A stretch of DNA of 64,000 nt from a plasmid, in the sequence record NZ_CP083859.1. One strand, 5' to 3'. Below, piece by piece: positions 39,874-49,944 of this stretch. Position 1 is the stretch's first letter. Every line of letters starts with the position of its first letter. A program made the position numbers and the translations under genes. The notes under the pieces are model-generated. The model saw nothing but the letters and a program-made list of their open reading frames with translations, made no database searches and was not told where the DNA came from.

Positions 39874-41232
39874 GAAAACAAAGAATCAATACTTCTTTTA
39901 GAAAAAATAAATGAAAATAACTCCAATATTCTCAGCAAAGAAATACTACCCTATATTATTGAATTTGCGCAGGGTTTTCCTTGGCTTTTAAAAAGAACGA
40001 TAGCTCATGTTTTAAAACTCACTCGAAAAGGTGACTCTCAGAGGGACTTAATCAGTGCGGGCTTAAAACTGAACGACCTTTTTGAAGAAGAGCTTGAAGG
40101 TTTGGATGAAATTGAAAAAGATTATCTAGTTAAGATTGCAGCCAAGCTACCAGCAGATTTCAATGAACTTCAATACCAATTTGACGAAGACCCAATGCTT
40201 GTAAAAGTCCTCGATAAGTTAACAGCTTACAGATTGGTACGCTTGAGTGGTTCTACTTATGATACTTATAACGATGTTTTCAAAGAATATCTTGTATACC
40301 AAAAGCTTCCCGAGTTTAGACTGCTAGTTATTTATAGAATGTATCCAAGTTCTGTTATATCTCAGTTTCATAAACTGATAACAATGAGAAAGCTGACAAT
40401 TACAAAAATAACAGAAAACCTAAATGTAAGGGAAGGTTACGCATTTAATCTCGTGAAGGAATTGCGGAATTTAGACTTGCTTGATGCAGTTAAAAGTGGT
40501 GAATGGATAATTCCAACAAATGTAAGAGATATATATTCTCAAGGTACTCTTGCTGGTTATCTACGCCGAAAGATTTTAGACAATCAACTCGTCGAGACTT
40601 TACTTAAAAAAAATCTTTCTGGAGAAAAAATTTTCGAGAGCGATATACCCACGTATTTTTCCGAATCTTATCCTTTTATTGAGGCATCAGAGAAAACATG
40701 GGGATTATACTCTACGATTTTAAAGTCATGGTTGCTTGCCCTAAAAATTATAGAAATTGATGGAGAAGGTCGCATTATTGCCTCAGATGTGTCGCATAAT
40801 GATGCAACAGCTGAGTTAGGAAATCTTAAGAAAATTTCGGGCTTAAGGGCAGGAAATAAAGGGCTTTTCTTCCCTGTAACATCTCACGCCAAAATGATTG
40901 AAGTTACCAGTTTGATACTGAACGGTGAAGAGCCTACTGGAAAAGAAGCGCTTAAAGCAAAATCTGATTTAAATAATGCTGGTGTTTTAGTCGGTGGACA
41001 TTTAGCAGTATCTAATATTGAAGAGCTTAATGAGGCACTTACAGCTCAAATACTTGATGACGGGTATGAGGATTTCTGGAAAGCAATACATGCTGATCAG
41101 CCCTGTTATGAAATTTTTAAAGGTATTGCAGGGGAAGGATTAACTGAGTCCACCCTTAAATGTCGCTTAAGAAAGTTAACAGCTTTAGCAAAAAAACTGA
41201 AAATCATACCAAACAAAAGATTCAAATATTAA
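39874..41232 (+). pseudogene. AT-rich C-terminal fragment of an ATPase-like protein, 5' end removed by the IS3-family insertion
   Basis: The ORF 39835-41232 starts inside the IS right inverted repeat. The downstream 450 aa are low-GC with winged-helix-like repeats (LTAYRLVRLSGSTYDTYNDVFKEYL) reminiscent of the C-terminal DUF234/wH part of Arch_ATPase-type proteins. No Walker A motif is present. Confidence 0.45.
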
Positions 41233-41416
41233 TTACTGTCATAACGTTAAAAAGTAGCGGATGCATTCCTCCGCTACTTAACTTACACTCAAGGAGCGAT
41301 TATATTGAATATTTTCAAAGCCTGTGGGGGCATCAATGTCCGCTCTTCGCTCATAACGGACTGCGCTCACTTATTGCAGTGAGCGTTACCTTGTGTTTAA
41401 TGCCAGCCTGGTATAG

Positions 41417-42412
41417 TCAGGTTGACAGTACCGGTTTCAGGCTTTCGTCATTAAAAACGGTTCCGGTCTTCAGGACGCCATAACACCAGTGCACCAGTTT
41501 CCGCATCAGCGCGCCAATGGCCACCATTTTAGGTTTACCCCGCAGGCACATCTCATCGTAAATATTACGCATTCGCTTATTGTAGATTTTTCCGCACAGG
41601 GCGGACATGTAAAGCTTCGCTCTCAACTGAGGGGGGCCGATTTTCGACATCCGCGGTCGGCGCCGGACCGATGTGCCTGAGCGTTTCTCGATCGGCACCA
41701 CGCCCAGAAAGGCGGCAGCCTGCTCAGCCGATACAAAGTTATGGCTGCGAAGCACGACCAGCATATGCATCCCCTGCTGGGGACCAACCGATTTAATTGA
41801 GCTCAGCAGTGTATAATCACGCCTCAGTGCAGGGCTGGCTTTGATATGTGCTTTTATCTGCCGCTCGATATTACTTACCTCCTCGCGCAGAAGCTGCGCC
41901 ATACGCCTGCAGGAACTGATAATATCTGCAGGTGTGTCTGTCGACAGGTATTTTTCCAGCCTGTTCTCCTCACGCAGGGCATCACCCAGCAGAACATCCC
42001 GCCGTCGCAGGAGTGCACCGAGATATCTGATTTCGGGTGCCGGCGGCTCCCAGCGGTGTGGCTTCTTAAGGAATGCGTAACAGGCCAGCATATACGCATC
42101 CACCTTATCCGTTTTTGTCATGATTCCCATGCCACGCGCAAACTCCCGACTACGGTGAGGGTTGGCCAGAGAAACCCGGAAACCGGCATCATGTAACTCA
42201 GTGGCCAGCTGTTCGTGATAAACACCGGTAGCTTCCATTACCACATGAACATCTTCCGGACCGCAGTGCTGAAGCCTGAGCCAGCGAAGAATATTTTCAA
42301 CTGAATGTCTGTTATTCTGGATGTTACGGGTTTTTATGCGTCCTTTGATACCGTCATAAAGCATGCAAAGATCCAGGGTGTTTTTACTTACGTCAATGCC
42401 GACTGGAAACAT
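41417..42412 (-). CDS. IS110-family (IS1111-subgroup-like) transposase
   Basis: MFPVGIDVSKNTLDLCML... DEDD-type N-terminus and a C-terminal SIKSVGPQQGMHMLVVL motif. The tool ORF extends upstream to 42541. Confidence 0.8.
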   Translation of the reverse strand: MFPVGIDVSKNTLDLCMLYDGIKGRIKTRNIQNNRHSVENILRWLRLQHCGPEDVHVVMEATGVYHEQLATELHDAGFRVSLANPHRSREFARGMGIMTKTDKVDAYMLACYAFLKKPHRWEPPAPEIRYLGALLRRRDVLLGDALREENRLEKYLSTDTPADIISSCRRMAQLLREEVSNIERQIKAHIKASPALRRDYTLLSSIKSVGPQQGMHMLVVLRSHNFVSAEQAAAFLGVVPIEKRSGTSVRRRPRMSKIGPPQLRAKLYMSALCGKIYNKRMRNIYDEMCLRGKPKMVAIGALMRKLVHWCYGVLKTGTVFNDESLKPVLST

Positions 42413-42642
42413 GGTCAAACTCCTCTCACATAAACCGTCACGCCTGTTCGCCTTGTACATACGGAGTCGAGCTCCCGGTAACCGTTCAACCTGATGTGCT
42501 GGCGTGAAAGGAGAAGCGGAGGGCCATATGCTGCAAATCAAGGTTCAGTGGTGCAGACTTTTCTGACCTTAAGGGAAGGGGGCGGCTCACTCTGCTTCAG
42601 TGGTGGTAGCTAATCACCACAAACTGTTAGATACAAGCCACC

Positions 42643-43032
42643 GTGGCGGATGTCACCCAGGTCGACAAACTGCTGCACGGCGACGAGAACGTCGTCTGCG
42701 CCGATGACGGCTACACAGGCGTCGAAAAGCGCTCCGAGCATGCCGACCGAGAAGTGATCTGGCAGGTCGCAGCACGCCGCAGCACCTACAAGATGCTCGA
42801 TAAACGCAGCGCCCTGTACAAAGCCAAGCGCAAGATCGAGAAGGCCAAGGAGCAAGTGCGAGCGAAGGTAGAGCCCCCGTTTCGCGTGATCAAGCGGCAG
42901 TTCGGCTACACCAAGGTACGTTTCCGAGGGCTGGTGAAGAACACTGCACAACTGGTGACGCTGTTTGCCCTGTCGAACCTATGGATGGCCCGCCGACATT
43001 TGCTGGCAAGCGCAGGAGAGGTGCGCCTGTAA
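42643..43032 (+). pseudogene. IS5-family transposase C-terminal fragment
   Basis: VCADDGYTGVEKRSEH...IKRQFGYTKVRFRGLVKNTAQL is a DDE_Tnp_1 C-terminus. The N-terminal two thirds are absent. Confidence 0.7.
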
Positions 43033-43256
43033 TGCGGAAAATGGCCGTCGCAAGGTGCTCGCGACGGCTGAAAGCACCGAAATGAGCGAGTGATCCGATC
43101 GTTTTTGATCGGTTCACCGCTTTCAAAATCAGCAGTGGCTGAAGTCAGCCGGAAATACAGGGCTACTTCAGACCATCCCTAGCTAGGGCTCGTAGTTCGG
43201 CGCAAGGCTGAAGTCGCTTGGCTGCTTCGCTGTGCAGATCCATGACCCACTTTCCA

Positions 43257-44408
43257 TCAAACTCCCGGTTGTAGTTCCACAAGCATCTCGCGAGTCTTGC
43301 CGGCCCGCTCCACTAACAAGACCACAACATCTCCAACGTTCTTGTCGTCTAGCCGGGCCTGTAATGTGGTGACGTCGTCAACGGCGATACCGTCGATGCT
43401 GATAACGCGATCGCCGGGCACGATGCCGCCTGCGGTGACCTCGACGCCGACGAGCCCGGCCCTGTGCGCCGCCGAGCCCGGCGTCACGCGCAATACGAAT
43501 ACGCCCTTACTGCCGGTCAGCGCCTGCAGACGCGTGTTAAGCTGCTCATCCACCTCGATGCCCAGCGCCGGACGGATGTACTTGCCGGTCTTTATGAGTT
43601 GCGGCACCACGCGCATGACGGTATCGACCGGCACCGCAAAGCCTATGCCGGCCGAGGCGCCAGACGGACTGTAGATGGCGGTATTGATGCCGATCAGCCG
43701 CCCAGCCGAATCGAGCAGCGGGCCACCGGAATTGCCGGGGTTGATGGCGGCGTCGGTCTGGATCAGGTGATCGATGGCCGGGCCGCCCGCTTCTCCCGGC
43801 AACGAGCGGTCGAGCGCGGAGACGATACCAGTGGTGAGCGTCCAGTCCAGGCCGAAGGGGTTGCCGATAGCAAACACCTTCTGACCCACCTTGAGGTCGG
43901 CACTGGTGCCGACCGGCACGGCCGGCGGGCGCTTGAAACCGACGCCGATCTTGAGCACGGCGATGTCGTGCGCGGGGCTCGTCCCCACCAGCGCGGCCTG
44001 GTAGTCGCGGCCGTCGGCCAGTTTGACGGTGGCTTCGGACGCGCCCTGGATGACGTGGAAGTTGGTGACGACGTGGCCGGCGTCGTCCCAGATGAAGCCC
44101 GAGCCAGTGCCGCGCGGCACGGAGAACACGTTGCGCGTCCAGACATCGCGTACTAATTGCGCGGTGGTGATATAGACCACCGAGGCGCGCGATTTTTCGA
44201 ACAGTTCGATGGTGGTTTTCTCGTCCGCCGCCAGATCGCCACGCGCCATCACGGTGCGTTCTGCTGCCTCGCGCGGACTGAACCAGGCCTCGATGGCGGG
44301 CAGAAACTGCCACAGCAGCATGAGCGCGGCAATACAGGCGGTGATGAAGAGCCAGCGCCGGACGAAGCGGTCCGGCGCGGGGCGTTGGTACGGGTCGAGA
44401 TAGGCCAT
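43257..44408 (-). CDS. degP: DegP/HtrA-family periplasmic serine protease with PDZ domain (LHR)
   Basis: Trypsin-like motifs GTGSGFIW, GNSGGPL and a C-terminal PDZ domain. Confidence 0.85.
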   Translation of the reverse strand: MAYLDPYQRPAPDRFVRRWLFITACIAALMLLWQFLPAIEAWFSPREAAERTVMARGDLAADEKTTIELFEKSRASVVYITTAQLVRDVWTRNVFSVPRGTGSGFIWDDAGHVVTNFHVIQGASEATVKLADGRDYQAALVGTSPAHDIAVLKIGVGFKRPPAVPVGTSADLKVGQKVFAIGNPFGLDWTLTTGIVSALDRSLPGEAGGPAIDHLIQTDAAINPGNSGGPLLDSAGRLIGINTAIYSPSGASAGIGFAVPVDTVMRVVPQLIKTGKYIRPALGIEVDEQLNTRLQALTGSKGVFVLRVTPGSAAHRAGLVGVEVTAGGIVPGDRVISIDGIAVDDVTTLQARLDDKNVGDVVVLLVERAGKTREMLVELQPGV

Positions 44409-44432
44409 GAGACGTCTCCTGTTGATGGGCAA

Positions 44433-45398
44433 TCAGCGCCACAGCCCGCTCGGGCGCCAGCGCGGTGGGCGCGTCGCCAAAGCGGATTCCGGCAAAAAAT
44501 GGGGCGCGCGGAGTGGCAACGCTGATGCTGGCCCAGGCGCCAACGTCAGCAGGTGTGCGATGCGCTCTTGCGTTGCCGGACGCGTGCGCAAGCAGGAGGG
44601 CTCGGGATTGCCCCATCCCGGCCATAGCCAGGCACGCCAGGAGCGGCTGACCCGCTCGATTTTCGCCAGCGCGGACGCCAGCCCCTGCGGGTCGCCAGTC
44701 AGTTCCGCCGCAAGGCGGTCAGCGTCGAACTCACGCACGCGAGACAAGCCGAGCTGTGCGAGCAGGGCCAGTTGGGGCGATGCGGCCAATAACAATAGAC
44801 CAGGCCAATAGACCTCCGCCGCGCCAACCAGCAGCGCGGGCAGGCTGAGCAGGATCGCGATCTGTCCCATAAGGGCCAGTAGGCACGTGAGGCGACTGAC
44901 GGAATCCGCCAGCCCCATGACACGCAGATCCTCATTAGCGATGTGCGCGACCTCGCGCGCGAACACACCCGCCAGCTCGCGTGGGCTCAGGCTGCGCAGC
45001 AGGCCATCGGTGAGGGCGATCGATGCCTCCTGCTTCGATCCGGTGGCGAAGGCGTTGACGACGGCACTGGGCACATAGTGCGGCACCGGCGTGGCGGGCA
45101 AACCGGCACGGGCGGGCAGCTCGCGCAACAGGGCCCACATCTCGTGGGCTTGTTGCGGGTGCAAGGCCCGTACGCGGTACAGGCGCAAGCTCAGCGCCGA
45201 CGCGGCTACCGGTTCCAGCAGCAACGCACCTGCAACGGCAAACAGCGCGAGCCACAGGCAGCCTTCCCCAAATGGCAGTCTCCCTGCTGCGGCTGCGATC
45301 CCGACCAGGGTCAGGACCAACAGCCCGGTCTGCAGGCGGTTGAGCCAGCGGTGTTGCAAGAGCGCAGTGCGCGGATCACTCGGATGATGACGGGTCAT
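44433..45398 (-). CDS. M48/HtpX-like membrane metallopeptidase homologue (LHR), HExxH reads RExxH
   Basis: Aligns to HtpX around AVIAHEISHIANGDM and REFHAD, but here reads GVFAREVAHIANEDL and REFDAD. Confidence 0.65.
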   Translation of the reverse strand: MTRHHPSDPRTALLQHRWLNRLQTGLLVLTLVGIAAAAGRLPFGEGCLWLALFAVAGALLLEPVAASALSLRLYRVRALHPQQAHEMWALLRELPARAGLPATPVPHYVPSAVVNAFATGSKQEASIALTDGLLRSLSPRELAGVFAREVAHIANEDLRVMGLADSVSRLTCLLALMGQIAILLSLPALLVGAAEVYWPGLLLLAASPQLALLAQLGLSRVREFDADRLAAELTGDPQGLASALAKIERVSRSWRAWLWPGWGNPEPSCLRTRPATQERIAHLLTLAPGPASALPLRAPHFLPESALATRPPRWRPSGLWR

Positions 45399-45873
45399 GC
45401 TCAGAGGTCTCGGCGGCGCGGTCGCCGCGCTTGCGCAGCAGCCAGTAGGTCGCACCCAGAGCCAGCGTGGCGCCTGCCAGCGCGGCTATCTTTGCGGGGC
45501 TCGCGTCGGAGTCGAGGATGACGAACTTGCGGGAGAGTGCGATCACCGCGATCAGGACCACCGTCTTAACCTGGATGATGCTGTCCCGACGCAGCGCCAC
45601 GCGCACGATGGAATGCTTGAACTCCATCGCGATCAAGAGCGTCATGATCATGCCGAACACGCTCTGGAATACCTTGTGGTCCAGGGGATTGAAGGCATCG
45701 AGAACCAGCAGCGTGAAGACGATGGAGATGAGCTGGAACAGCGACACCATGATGATGACGGCGATCACCGCCGACAGCACGAGCGCGACGACCTGCTCGA
45801 AGCGCTCGTAAAAACTCATGATGGCCAATTGGTCACGCAAGACCTGAAATGGGTTAAGGCGTTTTGATTTCAT
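45376..45873 (-). CDS. psiE: PsiE-family membrane protein (LHR)
   Basis: 165 aa with four transmembrane helices in a PsiE-like topology. Confidence 0.7.
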   Translation of the reverse strand: MKSKRLNPFQVLRDQLAIMSFYERFEQVVALVLSAVIAVIIMVSLFQLISIVFTLLVLDAFNPLDHKVFQSVFGMIMTLLIAMEFKHSIVRVALRRDSIIQVKTVVLIAVIALSRKFVILDSDASPAKIAALAGATLALGATYWLLRKRGDRAAETSEHDPSSSE

Positions 45874-45875
45874 GA

Positions 45876-47585
45876 CTATGAACTCCCTGGAAAACGGCTG
45901 CTGTCGAGACGGCGGCGCATTGCGCTGATGTGTCCTTCAATCAACTCGGTCGACATGCCAAGCGTCGACATCACCTGTTCCGCCAGCCCAATAGCTGCGG
46001 CAAAGGATTGCTGATACACGCGCACGTTAGGCATGGCGCGAAATGCATCGGCCGCGGTCGTACTTCTGCATGACACCCACAAGGTTAGCGCCGGACGGCG
46101 CTCGGCAATCGCCTGGGCGATGCGCAACGCTTGCTGGGCATGGGCGAACGTTAGCACCACCAAGTGCGCATGCGTCAAGCCGGCAGCCAGCAAGGTATCG
46201 GGCCGACTGGCATCGCCATGGAACACCGGCGCGCCGGCGGCACGCGCGGCCTCTACCTTCTGCGCGTCCGCCTCCAGCAGCAGATGCGCCACGCCGGCGT
46301 GGCGAAGAATCTCGCTGACTGTCAGGCCAAGCTCGCCCGCGCCGCAAACGATGACATGGTCTCGATATCGCGTCGTCTGCGCGGCGATCTCGACTTCTTC
46401 AGCCTGGGGTGGCTGAATGACGCCGCCGGTGCGGCTCAAGAACCGGGCAAGTACATCGTGATGGCGGATCAGTAGCGGTGCCAGGGCCATGCTGAGCACC
46501 AGCGCGACCAGCATGGGTTGGACGACGGTCGCGGGGATCAGATGCTGCTGCAAGACCGTGCCCAACAACAGCAGGGCGAACTCGCCGCCGTGCCCCAACG
46601 CTATGCCCGTGCGCCAGGCATCGAGGGCGGACAGGCGCGTCGCCCGCAAGGCCAGCGTATTGAGCAGGATCTTGACCGGTACCAGCACCACCAGCCACGC
46701 CAGCACCGCCAGCGGTGCCGAAAGAATCTGTGCTGCGTCCAGTTGCAGGCCGATGGTCACGAAGAACACGCCCGACAACACATCGCGAAACGGCCTGAGG
46801 TGGCTTTCCATGTGGTGCCGGAAGTCGCTCTCGCCCAGCACCATCCCGGCGAGGAAGGCCCCCAGGGCGGCGGATACGCCGACCGCGTGCGCAGCAGCGG
46901 CGGCAGCCACCACCACGCACAAGGAGACGAGCACGAACGATTCCTCGTGGCCCCGCCGCGCCACCCAGCCCAGCAGGCCATGCAACAGACGGCGCGAGAC
47001 GAGGGCCGCTGCCGCGAACAGCAGCAGCACACCGAATACTTCGAGCAGCACATGCTCGATCTTCGGCGACTCGCCGCGCGCCCAGATCGCCAGCAAGGCC
47101 AGCAGGGGCACGCTGGCCAGGTCCTGAAAGACCAGCACGGCGATGGCACTGCGTCCGTGGCGGGTGGTGAGCTCGCCTTGGTCGGCCAGTTGTCGGCTGA
47201 CCAGCGCCGTGGACGACATGGCCGCCGCAGTGCCGAGCAGCGCGGCGCTCTGGCCGGGCTGCCCCAGCCACATCAATAGCAGGATCAGCGGCGGGGCCAC
47301 GGCGATCATCTGCAGAGCGCCCGCCATCAGCACCGTCCTGCGGGCGAGCCAGAAGTCTCCGAGGGAGAATTCCAGTCCGACCATGAACAACAGCAGCGCC
47401 ACGCCCAGCTCGGACAGAAAGCTCAGCGTCTCCCCCGGCGCGATCACGCCGATGACTGAGGGGCCCAGTACAACGCCGACAGAGAGATACCCCAGCAAGG
47501 CGGGCACTCTGAACGCCGCCGTGGCCATCGCCGCCAGGCTGCAAGCCGCCAGCAGGATTAGCGTAGTGCCGAGCAAGCCCTGCAT
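45876..47585 (-). CDS. kefB: KefB/KefC-type K+/H+ antiporter with TrkA-N domain (LHR)
   Basis: 569 aa, a CPA2 membrane domain plus a Rossmann fold (VIVCGAGELG). Confidence 0.8.
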   Translation of the reverse strand: MQGLLGTTLILLAACSLAAMATAAFRVPALLGYLSVGVVLGPSVIGVIAPGETLSFLSELGVALLLFMVGLEFSLGDFWLARRTVLMAGALQMIAVAPPLILLLMWLGQPGQSAALLGTAAAMSSTALVSRQLADQGELTTRHGRSAIAVLVFQDLASVPLLALLAIWARGESPKIEHVLLEVFGVLLLFAAAALVSRRLLHGLLGWVARRGHEESFVLVSLCVVVAAAAAAHAVGVSAALGAFLAGMVLGESDFRHHMESHLRPFRDVLSGVFFVTIGLQLDAAQILSAPLAVLAWLVVLVPVKILLNTLALRATRLSALDAWRTGIALGHGGEFALLLLGTVLQQHLIPATVVQPMLVALVLSMALAPLLIRHHDVLARFLSRTGGVIQPPQAEEVEIAAQTTRYRDHVIVCGAGELGLTVSEILRHAGVAHLLLEADAQKVEAARAAGAPVFHGDASRPDTLLAAGLTHAHLVVLTFAHAQQALRIAQAIAERRPALTLWVSCRSTTAADAFRAMPNVRVYQQSFAAAIGLAEQVMSTLGMSTELIEGHISAMRRRLDSSRFPGSS

Positions 47586-47588
47586 CGG

Positions 47589-48029
47589 TCAGCGCCCCAC
47601 TTGCGTCGACGTCCAGCGCACGATGTCCTGCGCGCCCATCGCGCCGGCCTGACGGGCGATCTCCCGCCCACCCTGGAACAGGGCGAGCGTCGGGATGCTG
47701 CGGATACCGAACTGCGCGGCCAGGTGGGGCTCAGCCTCGGTATTCACCTTCGCCAGCCGGATCCTCGGTTCGAGCTGGTGCGCCGCTTGCTGGAACTGTG
47801 GCGCCATCATCTTGCACGGCCCGCACCATGGCGCCCAGAAATCGACCAGCAGCGGCAGATCGCTGCGCTCCACGTGGCGCGAGAACGTCGCCGTGGTCAA
47901 CTCGATGGGCTCGCCCGTAAACAAGGGCTGCTGGCAGCGGCCACAGTTGGGATGTTCCGATAGCTTCGCAGTCGGTACGCGGTTGATGGACTGGCAATGC
48001 GGGCAGACGAGGTGAAGATCATTCTTCAT
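47589..48029 (-). CDS. trx: Thioredoxin with N-terminal zinc-ribbon (TrxC-like, LHR)
   Basis: CPHC...CGRC zinc-ribbon plus the thioredoxin active site WAPWCGPCK. Confidence 0.85.
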   Translation of the reverse strand: MKNDLHLVCPHCQSINRVPTAKLSEHPNCGRCQQPLFTGEPIELTTATFSRHVERSDLPLLVDFWAPWCGPCKMMAPQFQQAAHQLEPRIRLAKVNTEAEPHLAAQFGIRSIPTLALFQGGREIARQAGAMGAQDIVRWTSTQVGR

Positions 48030-49185
48030 GGTTCGCCTCCTTGGACCACAGTGAGGCTGCCTCGCTTCGGGTCACAGACAATGCCGACCAATCAACGCCT
48101 TGGAGCCAATCGTTCCCGTTTTTGCTTACTCCGGCCTCTTCCAGATGAGCAGCGATGAATGCTTCGGCCTGCATGAGCCACCTTCGGACAGCATCTTCCT
48201 TACTAGGAATCAGCAGGATTTCAGAGACGCTGCTGGCATTCAGCCCGTCCACACGGATAAGCAGAAAAATGCGCCGCCACAAACGCGGCATGTCCTTCAG
48301 CAGGTCAAATGCAAAAGCGAACTCGCTCGACCGATCAATCAGCTCCTCCTGTTCCGCGATCGTTGCGACATCGGGATGCTGACTGCCAGCGAAAATATCG
48401 GCCAGCTTGAGTGTGTCATCGTGCTGATAAAATTCGAAGATTTCCTCTTCCACCATGGCCTCGGCCACGTCTTGGGCATCCGGTTCGACCGGCGCGTCCA
48501 GAGAAACGAATTCGCCAAATTGCCGGCTGCTTGCCACTTCGTTATCCAGGACGGCGAACAGATGCTTCAAAAGACCGGTGTAAGCCTCTTTTTCCCCCGG
48601 CACGGATTGCCATTCCACCTTAGCTCGGACAATCGCTTCATCCACCACGTCGCGCAGCGTCGGATAATCGCGCGGTAAATCGCCGACGGCCCGCAGATAA
48701 GCCAGCTCACGCCTTGCGACAGCCTCAAGTTTCGACAGTAGAGGCATTCGGGTCACCTCGGCCTCATGGGCGGCTGATGCGGGTTTTGCGGCAATCCGCA
48801 CCTTGAGCTCGCGCAAGCGCTCGCGTCGTGCTTTGCGCTTGATTTGATCCTGAGCATGCAGTCGGTCAAAATGCTTCTTGGCCTGACGGAACAACGACTG
48901 TGCGAGCATCTGCGCGAGGGGCGTCAGCTCGTCATGTGATGCAGTAACGCTGACAATCTTTTTGCCGGGCAGGTGCATATAGCCACTGGCCAGAAATTGC
49001 CGCTTGATCTTGTCGCGATCAAGGACGATTTGAAGTCGCGCTGAATCTTTAGTGTGTTTGTCGAGCAATGGCTTGAGGGCGTGCTCGATCACATTTCCCA
49101 AAGCTCTCTGCCAAGGTTCATGAAACTCTTTGTCGATAGCTCGATAGCTATATTGTATCTGCATGTATGACTCCTTCGATGTCAT
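48019..49185 (-). CDS. hypothetical protein (LHR)
   Basis: 388-aa clean ORF, lower GC than its neighbours. No domain assignable. Confidence 0.5.
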   Translation of the reverse strand: MTSKESYMQIQYSYRAIDKEFHEPWQRALGNVIEHALKPLLDKHTKDSARLQIVLDRDKIKRQFLASGYMHLPGKKIVSVTASHDELTPLAQMLAQSLFRQAKKHFDRLHAQDQIKRKARRERLRELKVRIAAKPASAAHEAEVTRMPLLSKLEAVARRELAYLRAVGDLPRDYPTLRDVVDEAIVRAKVEWQSVPGEKEAYTGLLKHLFAVLDNEVASSRQFGEFVSLDAPVEPDAQDVAEAMVEEEIFEFYQHDDTLKLADIFAGSQHPDVATIAEQEELIDRSSEFAFAFDLLKDMPRLWRRIFLLIRVDGLNASSVSEILLIPSKEDAVRRWLMQAEAFIAAHLEEAGVSKNGNDWLQGVDWSALSVTRSEAASLWSKEANHEE

Positions 49186-49243
49186 TTCTATGGAGGCATG
49201 AATCGAGGATGCTCATATCCATAGATTTTGGTTTGGCACGCTC

Positions 49244-49855
49244 TTACCCCAGGCGCGTTTTGCGAAGATTCCAACTCAAGAACAAAAGCGTGACGCCATA
49301 GACTGCCGCATGGAAACCCAACAGCCAGCCTGCGGCCACGAATGACTCGACCGGACGGGTAAAAAATATCCACAAGACGATAGCACCAAGGATAATCGAG
49401 AGCAGTCCACTGAGGGCAAGCCAGATTTCACCCTTGATTTCCCGACGCAGCCGAACGGCGGCGGATATCTCCAGCACACCGGTGAAAATCGCCCAGAAGC
49501 CCACGCTAGCCCATAAAAAAGAAGCCAAGACTATCGTGGCGACCCAAGGAGCAACCAGGACGACGACGCCCGTAAGTATGCCGACAATGCCGCTGAACAG
49601 CAGCCAGCCCCAGCGCTCTTTTTTCTGGATATGGCGCACCGCTGCAAACAAGTTGAACGCGCCATTGACCAAGGAAAATGCGCCGAACATGATGGTCATG
49701 GCCAACAGAGCCGATTGTGGCATCCAGAACGCGAGGGCTGCAAAAATCAATGCCAAGACACCGCGCAGCACAAAAAGCCACCAATTTTGGCTCAGCGAAC
49801 ACAGTGCTTTGGTGGGGTCATCCGCATTGGAATTGGCGATGGTGTCTGTGTTCAT
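49244..49855 (-). CDS. hdeD: HdeD-like acid-resistance membrane protein (LHR)
   Basis: 203 aa with six hydrophobic helices. Confidence 0.7.
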   Translation of the reverse strand: MNTDTIANSNADDPTKALCSLSQNWWLFVLRGVLALIFAALAFWMPQSALLAMTIMFGAFSLVNGAFNLFAAVRHIQKKERWGWLLFSGIVGILTGVVVLVAPWVATIVLASFLWASVGFWAIFTGVLEISAAVRLRREIKGEIWLALSGLLSIILGAIVLWIFFTRPVESFVAAGWLLGFHAAVYGVTLLFLSWNLRKTRLG

Positions 49856-49944
49856 GCAATATCTCCTAAAGATCTATACAAAATAAAAAATCAAACACTC
49901 ATGGGACAAGAGAGGGGGTGCTATGCGCCCCCTCTCCAGCGGTT

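Noticed and set aside
43546-47544. Several very long ORFs (359, 381, 253 aa and others) on both strands inside degP, kefB and neighbouring LHR genes
   Set aside because: At roughly 65-70% GC, stop codons are rare in every frame. The recognised protein families (DegP, M48, KefB) are all on the minus-strand frames listed as features. The others have low-complexity Arg/Ala/Gly-rich translations.
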